A stretch of 64,000 nucleotides of DNA from an uncultured SAR86 cluster bacterium (GCA_902516285.1 CABXXT010000005.1:26064-90063), one strand, 5' to 3'; counted from the stretch's first letter, positions 38,459-52,132 are shown. Notes: a model not told the origin generated them from the letters alone. Numbers and translations: made by a program.

Positions 38459-39202
38459 TTACCTGCTTCTCATTTTGGCCAATAATCTTATTATTTCTAA
38501 ATACAGCCATATTAAAGTGACCATCAAACTGAAAGCACCATACCATTCCATATATTTTGGCATGCCTTTTTCAGCACCTTCTTCAATAAAATCAAAATCT
38601 AATACAAGGCTAAAGGAGGCTATAGCAACTATGCCAAATGAAATACCAATACTCATCGGAGAATTTGAAGTTAAAAAACTAAGAGTTGATCCAAAAAAAC
38701 TCATCACAAAGTTAATCAGATATAAAATCATTATCCCGCCAATCGCAGCCCCAAGCATTAACCTAAAATTTTCAGTTGGAAGTATCAAACCACTTTTGTA
38801 GCAAACTAATAATGAGGCAAGAATACCAAATGTAAGTCCTATTGCCTGAATAGCAATTCCATCAAACTGAGATTCGAACATAAGAGTAATTCCACCAAGA
38901 AAAATACCTTGAACTAAAGCATATAAAGGAGCAGTTGAACCTGCTTTTGAAGGACTTCTAAAAATTGTTACTAGGGCAAGAATAAAACCAATTATTGCTG
39001 ATGGTATTGCTAGTACAGGTATATTCCAGCCCACAAAAGCCCCAGCAAAACAAAGACCAAGCAAAATTCCAGTTTTATTTACCGCACCATCAAGTGTCAT
39101 TCTTTCGCTAATTGGTATGCTATCAAAAGAAGATGTAAAATTTTTGGTAAATGCTGGATTCGCAGATCTTCCGAATCTATTTATTGCTGCATGTTTTGAC
39201 AT
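38459..39202 (-). CDS. Bax-inhibitor-1/YccA-like membrane protein (BaxI_1 / COG4760 type)
   Basis: 247-aa ORF with about 7 TM helices and an N-terminal signature (SANPAF ... MTLDGAVNKTGILLGL). Confidence 0.6.
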   Translation of the reverse strand: MSKHAAINRFGRSANPAFTKNFTSSFDSIPISERMTLDGAVNKTGILLGLCFAGAFVGWNIPVLAIPSAIIGFILALVTIFRSPSKAGSTAPLYALVQGIFLGGITLMFESQFDGIAIQAIGLTFGILASLLVCYKSGLILPTENFRLMLGAAIGGIMILYLINFVMSFFGSTLSFLTSNSPMSIGISFGIVAIASFSLVLDFDFIEEGAEKGMPKYMEWYGAFSLMVTLIWLYLEIIRLLAKMRSR

Positions 39203-39268
39203 ATTTTTTGCTCCATAGTTTATTTAGCTTTAATTGAGTAACTATTCAAAGCTAAAGAAAGTTTATTT

Positions 39269-40375
39269 TTAGATTGCTTCTGGAATTTGTCCAAACTTTT
39301 CAAGTGGCTTTCTCATTTCAGCCCAATCACATTCAAAGTCATCTGGAGCGTGTTCGTATTCCAGTAATCCTAGTGCTTCAAATTTAGGTCTTACCTCATC
39401 GGTTAGCAGTCCAATTCTTGATAAATTTGGTATGACTCTTGAGAAAAGGAAGTTCCTAAACATATCAAATGTTTTAGTATTTAATTGAAACTCTCGAGCT
39501 TCTTCTTCAGACATCTTCAAAAATCTTTGTTCTGCTTTGGTATTTATTAGTCTTTCTCGAGAAATTACACATGCTTCATATGCAAACTGAGCTCTTTCAT
39601 TAATCTCTTCGGGAGTCAAAGTCTGGATAAAATCTTCTAGGTAGTTAATACCAAAGGTTACATGTCGTGCCTCATCTCTTACAACATAATGAAGTAACTG
39701 TTTTAATAACGGATCTTTAGTGATCGATTTCAGCATTTGAAACGCCGCAAGAGCTAAACCTTCAATGATTATCTGCATGCCAATGAACTTTAGATCCCAT
39801 CGTTCGTCAGTGAGTATTTTGTCTAACAAAAGTTTTAATGATGGATTAATGGGGTAATGTATACCAATTTTGTCCTGTAAATATTTATTAAAAACCTCAA
39901 CATGCCTAGCTTCATCAAATGTTTGTGATGCTGCATATAATTTAGCGTTATAGGTTGGTGCACAGCTTGCTAGTTGAGAAGCGACTAGTAATGCACCTTG
40001 CTCACCATGAAGGAATTGGCTCATCAATTCAGCAGTAGAATGTCTGTCGAAAAGTATTTTTTCCTCTTCTGAAAGTTTTTGATAGGCTTCAAGAGTTTCA
40101 TGAGGTAATTCCTCATCAGGTTCGATTAATCTTTCATCAGAAGGATGGGTGTAATCCCAATTAAGGTCTATAGAACCATTCCAATTAAGTTCTTTACCTA
40201 ATTCGTAAAGTTTTTTAATTCTATTATCTGCAACTGTGTAATCCCAGTTATATGATCCTGTAAGAGGTGTTTTAAAAATTTCAACAACATCCTCAACATT
40301 ATTTTGTGTAAGATTTAGATCTTCATCAAAATATATTAAATCCTCTGGGGGTCCATTCTGTTTACGAATCTTCAT
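39269..40375 (-). CDS. ferritin-like diiron-carboxylate protein (R2/AurF-like oxygenase family)
   Basis: 368-aa ORF with a four-helix ligand pattern E / ExxH / E / ExxH: FLHGEQGAL, DEARHVEVF, IIIEGLALAAF, RDEARHVTF. Confidence 0.65.
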   Translation of the reverse strand: MKIRKQNGPPEDLIYFDEDLNLTQNNVEDVVEIFKTPLTGSYNWDYTVADNRIKKLYELGKELNWNGSIDLNWDYTHPSDERLIEPDEELPHETLEAYQKLSEEEKILFDRHSTAELMSQFLHGEQGALLVASQLASCAPTYNAKLYAASQTFDEARHVEVFNKYLQDKIGIHYPINPSLKLLLDKILTDERWDLKFIGMQIIIEGLALAAFQMLKSITKDPLLKQLLHYVVRDEARHVTFGINYLEDFIQTLTPEEINERAQFAYEACVISRERLINTKAEQRFLKMSEEEAREFQLNTKTFDMFRNFLFSRVIPNLSRIGLLTDEVRPKFEALGLLEYEHAPDDFECDWAEMRKPLEKFGQIPEAI

Positions 40376-40432
40376 AATTTTAATACTCTTTATATTTTTT
40401 TAATATTTGAAAAACCAATTTTATAATATTTG

Positions 40433-42196
40433 TTAGTCATTGAAAAGTTTTGTTAACTCACTTAGCAAAACTTCACCAAGCTCATCAGCTCTATTTATAG
40501 TAAGAGCATTTTTATAATATTTAGTAACATCGTGTCCTATCCCAATTGCTTGAAGCTCAACATTCTTATCACTTTCTATTTTTGAAATCATATCTTTTAA
40601 ATGATTATCTAAAAAGTCCTCTCTATTTGCTGATAAAGTACTATCATCAACTGGCGCTCCATCTGAAATTACAATTAAAATTTTTCTTTCTTCAGGTCTT
40701 TTTATTAATCTTTCATGTGACCATGCGAGCGCTTCACCATCAACATTTTCTTTTAGCAGACCTTCTCTTAACATCGCTCCAAAATATCTTCTGGCTCTTC
40801 TCCAACTATTATCTGCGCTTTTATAAATAATATGCCTTATATCATTTAATCTTCCTGGATTAGAACTATTGCCTTTTATGATCCACAATTTTTTTGAGTC
40901 CCCACCTTTCCAATGTTTTGTTGTAAATCCAAGTATTTCAGTTTTTACTTGGCATCTCTCAAGAGTACTTCCAATAATATCTGTACATATTGCAGCAAGA
41001 CTTATAGACCTTCCCCTCATAGAACCAGAATTATCAATAAGAAGAGTAACGACAGTGTCTTTAAATTTATTTTCAGTTTCTTGTTTGAAACTAAGAGGAA
41101 AGCCTGGATTAGCAATAACTCTATGCAAACGAGCATTATCAAGCAATCCCTCCTCAAGATTGAAATTCCAGCTTGTGTTTTGTTTTGCAAGTAAGAGTCT
41201 TTGAAGCCTGTTAGCCAACTTTCCAATTGTTGACAGATGTGGTTTTATTAAATTATCAAGTTGATTTCTTAATCTTATTGACTCGTCAGCAGTCACAAGA
41301 TCTTTGGCCTCAATAATCTCATCAAATTGTGATGTGTATATTGAATAATCATATTTGATTGAATTTTTGTATTGGTTGTCTGGATAGACAAGTGATTCAA
41401 GCTCCTCTTGAATTGCACTATCATCAACTTCCTTAAGCTCAGCATCAATATCTTCAATTTCTGCATTAATATCTTTTAAACTAACATCTTCATTTTGTTC
41501 AGTTAAACCCTCTGGGTCATCACTTTCACTTTCAAAATCATCTGTTGTACCTGGTGGTTCTATAAAATCATCATCCTCATCCTTGTTATCAGAATTCTTA
41601 AGAAGATTTATTTGTTTTAAAAAAATAACAGACAATTTTTCAAACTCATCTTGATTATTAATATTATTTTTTATCTTTTTAATTAAAGGATTGAATGAAG
41701 AATCAATATTATATTTTTTTAAAAATTTATCTAATATATCTTCAGATTTTTTTCCAATAGGAAAATCAAAAATACTTTTTAACCATAAATTAGCACCATG
41801 AGAAAAAAAGTTCATTGATTTCTCATCAACAAGGCCAATGCTTTTTGATTCTATATATTCACTTAAATTATTTTTTGAACCTAAATACATTTCTGAGCCT
41901 AAGATCTCAGTTCTTGATATTTCGAGCTCATTAAAAATCATTCTTGCTGGCAATGTAAGAGGGAACTCTTTAGTTTGTTTATGAAAAAGATACCAGAAGG
42001 CCTGAAAATCAGATTCACCTCTCCATTTGCTTTTTTCTCCACTAGATCTTGGAGCAGAGGGTATAACAATACTTTTCTGTGATGGTGGTCTTTGAGCAAG
42101 ACCAGTGCTTGAAGAGAGCTTTTTATCATTTGCAATAGCTTTTACTGTAGATACTGCAGCTTCGTGAAGCTTATCCCTGTTTTTTATCCATGCCAT
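40433..42196 (-). CDS. cobT: CobT-like vWA-domain protein (cobaltochelatase CobT family)
   Basis: 587-aa ORF with a long acidic central tract ([26 protein letters not shown]...[13 protein letters not shown]) and a C-terminal vWA domain with [16 protein letters not shown]. Confidence 0.75.
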   Translation of the reverse strand: MAWIKNRDKLHEAAVSTVKAIANDKKLSSSTGLAQRPPSQKSIVIPSAPRSSGEKSKWRGESDFQAFWYLFHKQTKEFPLTLPARMIFNELEISRTEILGSEMYLGSKNNLSEYIESKSIGLVDEKSMNFFSHGANLWLKSIFDFPIGKKSEDILDKFLKKYNIDSSFNPLIKKIKNNINNQDEFEKLSVIFLKQINLLKNSDNKDEDDDFIEPPGTTDDFESESDDPEGLTEQNEDVSLKDINAEIEDIDAELKEVDDSAIQEELESLVYPDNQYKNSIKYDYSIYTSQFDEIIEAKDLVTADESIRLRNQLDNLIKPHLSTIGKLANRLQRLLLAKQNTSWNFNLEEGLLDNARLHRVIANPGFPLSFKQETENKFKDTVVTLLIDNSGSMRGRSISLAAICTDIIGSTLERCQVKTEILGFTTKHWKGGDSKKLWIIKGNSSNPGRLNDIRHIIYKSADNSWRRARRYFGAMLREGLLKENVDGEALAWSHERLIKRPEERKILIVISDGAPVDDSTLSANREDFLDNHLKDMISKIESDKNVELQAIGIGHDVTKYYKNALTINRADELGEVLLSELTKLFND

Positions 42197-42209
42197 TTAT
42201 TATTTACTA

Positions 42210-43178
42210 CTATTCCAATTCTATTTCGAGGTCAAAACATCTTTGGAAATATTCTGAAATGATGGACTTTTCAATATCATCACATTTATTGAGAAATGTA
42301 AGCTTAAATGAATCGACTAAATCTTTGAAAATCTTAAAATTTTGAGCCCATGATATTACTGTTCTGGGAGACATTAATGTAGAAATATCGCCATTAGCAA
42401 AACCTACTCTTGTTAAATTGGCCAACTTAACCATATTTTTTATCATCTCTTGGTTTTTAGCTCCTTTTAGATTGCCAAGTTTAGAAATGATGACCTTGTA
42501 TTCTTGACTTGGATCTAAATAATTTAGAGTTGCTAAAATATGCCATCTATCCATTTGACCCTGATTAATTTGTTGAGTTCCGTGATAAAGACCTGTCATG
42601 TCACCAAGTCCAACAGTATTTGTTGTAGCAAATAATCTAAAGGAATTATGCGGATTTAAGACTTGATTTTGATCCAATAGAGTTAACTTTCCTTCAACCT
42701 CTAAAATTCTTTGAATTACAAACATAACATCGGGTCTACCAGCATCATATTCATCAAATACTAACGCAACAGGATTTTGTATTGACCATGGAAGAAGACC
42801 TTCTTGAAATTCAGTGACCTGCTTACCATCATTGAGCTTAATAGCATCTTTCCCCAATAAATCAATTCGACTTATGTGACTATCTAAGTTTATTCTCACA
42901 CAAGGCCAGTTTAAGCGGGCTGCAATTTGTTCAATATGAGTTGATTTGCCAGTCCCATGAAAGCCTTGAACCATTACTCTTCTATTATGTTCAAATCCTG
43001 CAAGAATAGATAAAGTAGTTTTTTTATCAAATACATAACTAGCGTCTATTTCAGGCACCCAATCTGTCTTATTTTTGAAACCTCTAACTGATAATTTAGA
43101 ATTAATTCCAAATGTTTTAGAAACATCAAACTTATGATCTGGCTTATTGGGCAATTCAATTTTATTTATCGTAGACAT
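42210..43178 (-). CDS. cobS: CobS-like MoxR-class AAA+ ATPase (cobaltochelatase CobS family)
   Basis: 322-aa ORF with Walker A GFHGTGKST and Walker B LVFDEYDAGRPDV. It lies 13 nt upstream of the cobT-like gene. Confidence 0.8.
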   Translation of the reverse strand: MSTINKIELPNKPDHKFDVSKTFGINSKLSVRGFKNKTDWVPEIDASYVFDKKTTLSILAGFEHNRRVMVQGFHGTGKSTHIEQIAARLNWPCVRINLDSHISRIDLLGKDAIKLNDGKQVTEFQEGLLPWSIQNPVALVFDEYDAGRPDVMFVIQRILEVEGKLTLLDQNQVLNPHNSFRLFATTNTVGLGDMTGLYHGTQQINQGQMDRWHILATLNYLDPSQEYKVIISKLGNLKGAKNQEMIKNMVKLANLTRVGFANGDISTLMSPRTVISWAQNFKIFKDLVDSFKLTFLNKCDDIEKSIISEYFQRCFDLEIELE

Positions 43179-43283
43179 AGTAAAAGTTCATATTTTAGCT
43201 GCATATCCTACCTTTTGAGGAGATAAAGTTCTAGTTTTTTATTAAACATTGTAAGATGTCTTTTTTAAAGATAAATTTAAATT

Positions 43284-44039
43284 ATGTCGCAACGATTAAA
43301 AAATAAAGTTGCTCTTATAACTGGAGCTGCACAAGGGCTAGGGAAGGAAATGGCATCCTCAATGATTAAAGAGGGGGCTGAAGTAATTCTTTCTGATGTT
43401 AATGAGACTTTGCTCGAAAAAACAGCAAAAAAGTTTTCTTCATCTTTTTTTAAGCTTGATGTAAGGAATAAAGAAGAATGGGAGGCAATAATAAAAAAAA
43501 TTGGCAAAGACTTTGGCTCATTAAATATTCTGGTAAATAATGCTGGAATTGGAGGAGGAGATAACGTTGAATCAACAGATATCGAAATGTGGCATAAAGT
43601 TCATGACGTCAATCTAAATTCTGTTTTTCTAGGATGTAAATATGCTTTACCTTTAATGAGAGAATCTGGCGATGGCTCAATTATAAATATTTCATCAATG
43701 TCTGGAATAGTTGCTTCTCATAACTTAGCAGCTTATAACTCTTCAAAAGCAGCTGTCAGGCATCTATCTAAGTCAGTAGCTCTTCACTGTGCAAAGACAA
43801 CTAATTTAGTCAGATGTAACTCAATACATCCAGTTTTTGCAAGAACAGATATGGTTCAGACATTAATTGATTCTGCACCGGATCGAAACATAGAGGAGAA
43901 ACTTGTAAAACAAATCCCATTGAGAAAGCTGGCCGAACCAATTGATATTGCAAATGCAGCAGTTTTTTTAGCATCAGATGAGTCATCATTTATTACTGGA
44001 ACTGAATTATTAATAGATGGTGGATTAAGCGCAACATAG
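43284..44039 (+). CDS. short-chain dehydrogenase/reductase (SDR)
   Basis: 251-aa ORF with TGAAQGLG, NNAG and the catalytic S...YNSSK. Confidence 0.85.
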   Translation: MSQRLKNKVALITGAAQGLGKEMASSMIKEGAEVILSDVNETLLEKTAKKFSSSFFKLDVRNKEEWEAIIKKIGKDFGSLNILVNNAGIGGGDNVESTDIEMWHKVHDVNLNSVFLGCKYALPLMRESGDGSIINISSMSGIVASHNLAAYNSSKAAVRHLSKSVALHCAKTTNLVRCNSIHPVFARTDMVQTLIDSAPDRNIEEKLVKQIPLRKLAEPIDIANAAVFLASDESSFITGTELLIDGGLSAT

Positions 44040-44042
44040 ATA

Positions 44043-44914
44043 ATGAATCAAATTTCCATTCTTAAAAAGGTTTTAAATCTTTTCAATTTAAATTCTACTG
44101 ATAAAGATATGTTTTCTTGGACTGGAGAAAATGTTGGTTTTAGAAGAATTTTTGGCGGTCAAGTTATGGCTCAATCCCTTATTGCTGCATATAAAACAAT
44201 CGATGTTGAGCATTATGCTCATTCTTTTCATTCATACTTTTTAAGACCAGGTGATATGAAAAAACCTATAACTTTTTATGTTGATAGGATTAGGGATGGA
44301 AAAAGTTTTTCAACTAGAACTGTTAAAGCGATGCAAGATGATGAGGCAATTTTTAATTGTTCAATATCTTTTCAAAAAAAGGAAAAAGGTCTTGAACATC
44401 AAATATCGATGCCTAAAGTTCCTGAGCCTGAGTCATTACAAAATGAACAAGAACATAGAGAAGCTGCATTGGCTGAGCTTAATATGAAGAAAGAAGATAT
44501 GCCAATGTTTGCAAGACAACAAGAAATTGAAATGAGGCCAGTTGAAAAACCAAATTATATCAATCCTAAAAGAATGCCACCCTATAAAAATACCTGGATC
44601 AAATCAGAAGGACAAATACCAAACGATCAATTTATACAACAAGCATTCTTGTTGTATATTTCAGATATGGGGTTGCTGGCAGCGGCCAATAATTCTGTTG
44701 GTGTTAATTTTTTAACAAAAAACCTTCAAAATGCCAGTTTAGATCATGCTATGTGGTTTCATCGTGAGTTAGACTTAAATGGATGGTTTCTATATTCTAT
44801 TGAAAGTCCAATAACTAGAAACGCACGAGGTTTTGCAAGTGGTTCAATATTTTCTAGAGACGGAAAATTAATAGCATCTTGCACACAAGAGGGCCTTATA
44901 AGACTTTGGGATGA

Positions 44915-44918
<4 letters not shown>
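44043..44918 (+). CDS. tesB: acyl-CoA thioesterase II
   Basis: 291-aa ORF collinear with E. coli TesB (FGGQVMAQSL, HSFHSYFLRPGD, DGKSFSTR, DHAMWFHR, ARGFASG). Confidence 0.88.
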
Positions 44919-47658
<2,740 letters not shown>

Positions 47659-47701
47659 TCATAGATATATGTGCTAAACTATGATTTAATCACACTTCAT
47701 T

Positions 47702-50700
47702 ATGACAAAACTATTTTCAAAAAAAGATTTCAAAGACAATTGTGGTTTTGGATTGATTGCAAATATTAAGGGTAATCCTTCACACAATATTGTTAAAGAC
47801 TCAATAAAAGCTCTCAAGAGTATGACTCATAGAGGTGCTATCGGTGCAGACGGTAAAACTGGTGATGGCTGCGGGCTATTACTAGATATAGATAAAGATT
47901 TTTTTAAAAAAACCCTCAAAGCAGAACAAAATATTGAATTAATTGAAAATTATGCAATAGGACAACTTTTTTTATCCTCAAAGATTGAAAAGATACTTCC
48001 GCAAATTAAAAAAATTCTTAATAAGCAAAAGCTAAAACTTATAGCTTACAGAAAAGTTCCAATTAACAAAAAAATACTTGGTGAAATAGCATTAGACTGC
48101 CTTCCAAATATTTATCAATTGTTTGTTAGATCAAATGAAAAGATTTTTTATGAAAATCAATTCGATACAAGTCTTTATCAATCTAGAAAATTTATCGAAG
48201 AAATATATCAAGACGATGAAGAGCTATATTTCTGTAGTTTTTCCTCTAAAACAATTGTTTATAAAGGCCTAATGCTACCTGATGCTATTGATAAATTTTA
48301 TCTTGACTTGGGGTCAAATGAATTCAAGTCATCAATATGTGTTTTCCATCAAAGATTTTCAACAAACACAAGCCCAAAATGGCATCTAGCTCAACCTTTT
48401 AGATTATTAGCTCATAATGGAGAAATAAATGCTATTAGAGGAAATAGAAACTGGGTTAAAGCAAGATCTTCAAAGTTTAAAACTCCGTTAATACCTAAAG
48501 TTCAAACATTTAAGCAACTTGTGAATGAGTCTGGATCTGACTCGTCATCATTGGATAATATGATAGAGCTTTTACTAAAAGGCGGAGTAAATTTATTTAG
48601 AGCGGTCAGGATGGTTATTCCACCTGCTTGGCAAAATGCTCAGATACTTGATCCAGATATAAAAAGTTTTCATGAATATAATTCCATGCACATGGAGCCT
48701 TGGGATGGTCCTGCAGGAATTGTAATGTCTGATGGTAAATGGGCTGTATGTCTCCTTGATAGAAATGGATTAAGGCCAGCAAGATTTCAAATTGATAGTG
48801 ATGATAATATAACCATTGCTTCAGAAACAGGTGTGAACCCTGTAGACAATGATAAGATTATTTCAAAAGGTCGTATAGGTCCTGGTGGCATAATCGCAGT
48901 CAACACATTCACAGGCGAAATATTAAATCAAACTGAAATTGATAATGATCTTAAGACAAAATTCCCATACAGAGAATGGCTCAAAAAGAATACAGAATAT
49001 ATTGAGTCGACATTAGACACGTTTGAAGGTCCTGGGTTGAAGAAAATGGATGCTGAAGAATTTGCTATTTCCTCAAAACAATTTTTATTATTTAAAGAAG
49101 AAAGAACTTCTGTAATCAAACCCTTAGCGGTCGACTCTCAAGAGGGAACTGGTTCTATGGGTGATGATACAGCGCTAGCAGTTATGAGCAAAATACATAG
49201 ACAAATTTATGACTACTTCAGGCAGCAATTTGCACAAGTAACAAATCCACCAATTGATTCTTTAAGAGAAGTTGGTGTTATGTCATTAGAGACATGTTAT
49301 GGACCAGAGCTTAATGTATATGAAGAAACACCTGAACATGCAAAAAGATTAGTAACATCGACACCTGTTTTATCCCACAAAAAACTACAATCAATTTTAA
49401 AAAATAAATATTTTTCATGTGAAGAATTTAATTTAGAGTATTCATCTGATAAAAAACTGTTAAATGCTTTAAAGGATCTTCAAAAGAAAGTTGTTAAGAG
49501 TGTCAAAAATGGAAAAGTAATTATTCATCTTGTTGAAAAGCTACCAAAAGAAGATAGCCTATCAATTAATGCTCTTTTGGCGGTTGGCTGTATTCATCAA
49601 GAACTTGTAAAACTAGGCTTACGATCCGAAGCAAATATTATTGTAACGTCTTCATCTGCAAGAGATACCCATCAAATAGCTTGCTTAATTGGCTTTGGAG
49701 CTACTGCTGTATATCCAACTCTAGCTTATCAAACAATTCTTGATCTCTCTAACAGAAATGAGTTACAAGGATCTCCGCACAGTAATTGTGCTAGATATAG
49801 AAAAGGTATAAATAAGGGCCTCTTAAAAATAATATCCAAGATGGGTATTTCAACAATTTCTAGCTACAGAGGCTCTCAGTTATTCGAAGTTGTTGGACTT
49901 AATAAGGATGTGGTGGATTTATGTTTTACTAGCACTGTAAGCCGGATAAAAGGAAAGGGATTTAAAGAATTAGACTTTGAACAAAGAAGTTTATCAGAAT
50001 ATTCAAGATCAAATCTAGCAGATATGAGTGTTGGCGGACTACTAAAATATATTCATGGTGGCGAATATCATGCATATAATCCTGAGATAGTAAAAAAATT
50101 ACAAGATGCTGTTGCTCATACTTCTTATGATACATATAAAGAATATGCAAATTTGGTAGACAATCGACCTCCTGCAATGCTCAGAGATTTATTAGAAGTA
50201 ACAAAGAACAAATCTGTGAACATAAATAATGTTGAGAATCAAAAAAATATACTAAAAAGATTTGACTCTGCTGGAATGAGCTTAGGTGCATTATCACCAA
50301 AAGCACATGAAACACTAGCAGAGGCAATGAACAGTTTAGGAGCAAGATCAAATTCAGGCGAAGGGGGAGAAGCTATTGAAAGGTATGGAAACGCGAATAT
50401 GTCTAAAATCAAGCAGGTTGCCTCTGGTCGTTTTGGTGTAACTCCTCATTACCTGAGAAATGCAGAAGTCCTTCAAATAAAAATAGCTCAAGGAGCTAAA
50501 CCAGGTGAGGGAGGACAATTACCAGGTGGTAAGGTAAATAAACTTATAGCAAAATTAAGATATTCAACACCGGGGGTTACATTAATATCTCCACCCCCTC
50601 ATCATGATATTTACTCAATTGAGGATTTAGCTCAATTAATTTTTGATTTAAAGCAGGTTAATCCAAAGGCTCTTGTTTCGGTAAAACTTGTTTCTGAGCC

Positions 50701-52132
50701 AGGTGTTGGAACCATAGCATGTGGTGTTGCAAAAGCATATGCAGATCTTATAACTATATCTGGTCATGATGGAGGAACTGGTGCTAGTCCTCTAACGTCA
50801 ATAAGATACGCCGGATCACCTTGGGAGCTAGGTCTAGCAGAAACTCAACAAAGCCTAAGAGATAGTGGGTTAAGGCATAAAATTAGACTTCAGGCTGATG
50901 GAGGCTTAAAGACAGGTTTAGATGTAATTAAAGCAGCAATCCTAGGTGCAGAATCATTTGGATTTGGAACAGGGCCAATGATTGCGATGGGATGCAAGTA
51001 TCTAAGAATTTGCCATTTAAATAATTGCGCAACAGGTGTTGCAACTCAAAGAGAAGATCTTATAAACCATCATTTTGTTGGAGAAAAAGATAGAGTGCGA
51101 AATTATTTCAAATTCATTGCTGATGATGTTAGATATCATTTATCTCAAATGGGAGTAACTAACTTGGAAGATATTATTGGCCAAACTCAATACTTAAAAG
51201 TAATTGATGACATTGATGATAGACATAAATCAATTGACCTATCAGGATTACTATACAAAGATAAAAAAATTAAAGAATCTTTCTTCTGCACTGTTAAGAA
51301 AAATGATCCATGGGATAAAGCAATTCTTTCTAAAAAAATATTTAAAAAAACAAAAGAAGCAATAAATAATTCCGAATCACTAAGTATCGATTTTAAAATT
51401 GAAAATACCGATAGATCAGTTGGTGGGAATGTGTCTGGATATATTGCTGAGAAATATGGTGAAAATGGCCTAACAAATCCTGTTGAATTAAATTTTACAG
51501 GCTCAGCTGGTCAAAGTTTTGGATGTTGGAATGCTAACGGTTTGAATTTAATTTTGGATGGTGATGCTAACGATTATGTTGGTAAAGGAATGAATGGAGG
51601 CAAAATAGTTATTAAGAATAAATCCAACTATGCCTCTTATAAAAATAATACTGTCTTGGCTGGAAATACATGTTTGTATGGAGCTACCGGAGGTGAGGTT
51701 TATATATCTGGAACAGTTGGTGAAAGATTTGGTGTAAGAAATTCAGGTGCAAGAGCTGTAATTGAGGGTGCTGGAGATCATTGTTGTGAGTATATGACAG
51801 GAGGTCATATAACTGTTTTAGGCTCTGTTGGTCTAAATTTTGGTGCAGGTATGACAGGTGGTTTTTCATATGTTCTTGACGAAGAAAGAACTTTCTTTGA
51901 TAAGTGTAATAGAGGATTAGTTAATTTAGAGAGAATAACTACTGAAGATATGCAACCGCATAGAAAGCACTTGAAAGAGATTATTGAAAATCACTATAAG
52001 TACACAGGAAGTGCAAAAGCTAAAGATATTTCTGATGATTTTGAAAAATATGAACCGTACTTTTGGTTAGTTATGCCAGCGGCTTCAAATATTAGAGACT
52101 TATTAAAAGCGACAACTGCAAACGCTGCTTAA
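47702..52132 (+). CDS. gltB: glutamate synthase large subunit
   Basis: 1476-aa ORF with Ntn-amidotransferase Cys (DNCGFGLIANI), FMN/Fe-S domain motifs and a C-terminal GXGXG beta-helix. It is divergent from gltD across a 67-bp gap. Confidence 0.97.
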   Translation: MTKLFSKKDFKDNCGFGLIANIKGNPSHNIVKDSIKALKSMTHRGAIGADGKTGDGCGLLLDIDKDFFKKTLKAEQNIELIENYAIGQLFLSSKIEKILPQIKKILNKQKLKLIAYRKVPINKKILGEIALDCLPNIYQLFVRSNEKIFYENQFDTSLYQSRKFIEEIYQDDEELYFCSFSSKTIVYKGLMLPDAIDKFYLDLGSNEFKSSICVFHQRFSTNTSPKWHLAQPFRLLAHNGEINAIRGNRNWVKARSSKFKTPLIPKVQTFKQLVNESGSDSSSLDNMIELLLKGGVNLFRAVRMVIPPAWQNAQILDPDIKSFHEYNSMHMEPWDGPAGIVMSDGKWAVCLLDRNGLRPARFQIDSDDNITIASETGVNPVDNDKIISKGRIGPGGIIAVNTFTGEILNQTEIDNDLKTKFPYREWLKKNTEYIESTLDTFEGPGLKKMDAEEFAISSKQFLLFKEERTSVIKPLAVDSQEGTGSMGDDTALAVMSKIHRQIYDYFRQQFAQVTNPPIDSLREVGVMSLETCYGPELNVYEETPEHAKRLVTSTPVLSHKKLQSILKNKYFSCEEFNLEYSSDKKLLNALKDLQKKVVKSVKNGKVIIHLVEKLPKEDSLSINALLAVGCIHQELVKLGLRSEANIIVTSSSARDTHQIACLIGFGATAVYPTLAYQTILDLSNRNELQGSPHSNCARYRKGINKGLLKIISKMGISTISSYRGSQLFEVVGLNKDVVDLCFTSTVSRIKGKGFKELDFEQRSLSEYSRSNLADMSVGGLLKYIHGGEYHAYNPEIVKKLQDAVAHTSYDTYKEYANLVDNRPPAMLRDLLEVTKNKSVNINNVENQKNILKRFDSAGMSLGALSPKAHETLAEAMNSLGARSNSGEGGEAIERYGNANMSKIKQVASGRFGVTPHYLRNAEVLQIKIAQGAKPGEGGQLPGGKVNKLIAKLRYSTPGVTLISPPPHHDIYSIEDLAQLIFDLKQVNPKALVSVKLVSEPGVGTIACGVAKAYADLITISGHDGGTGASPLTSIRYAGSPWELGLAETQQSLRDSGLRHKIRLQADGGLKTGLDVIKAAILGAESFGFGTGPMIAMGCKYLRICHLNNCATGVATQREDLINHHFVGEKDRVRNYFKFIADDVRYHLSQMGVTNLEDIIGQTQYLKVIDDIDDRHKSIDLSGLLYKDKKIKESFFCTVKKNDPWDKAILSKKIFKKTKEAINNSESLSIDFKIENTDRSVGGNVSGYIAEKYGENGLTNPVELNFTGSAGQSFGCWNANGLNLILDGDANDYVGKGMNGGKIVIKNKSNYASYKNNTVLAGNTCLYGATGGEVYISGTVGERFGVRNSGARAVIEGAGDHCCEYMTGGHITVLGSVGLNFGAGMTGGFSYVLDEERTFFDKCNRGLVNLERITTEDMQPHRKHLKEIIENHYKYTGSAKAKDISDDFEKYEPYFWLVMPAASNIRDLLKATTANAA

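Noticed and set aside
38475-41226. Plus-strand ORFs 38475-38801, 40546-40830, 40869-41204 and 40913-41194, and minus-strand off-frame ORF 41017-41226
   Set aside because: They are antisense or out of frame within the BaxI-like and CobT-like genes. They are shadow ORFs of AT-rich coding sequence with no independent support.
43277-43507. 76-aa minus-strand ORF overlapping the SDR gene start
   Set aside because: It is antisense to a clear SDR (TGAAQGLG motif on the plus strand), so it is a shadow ORF.
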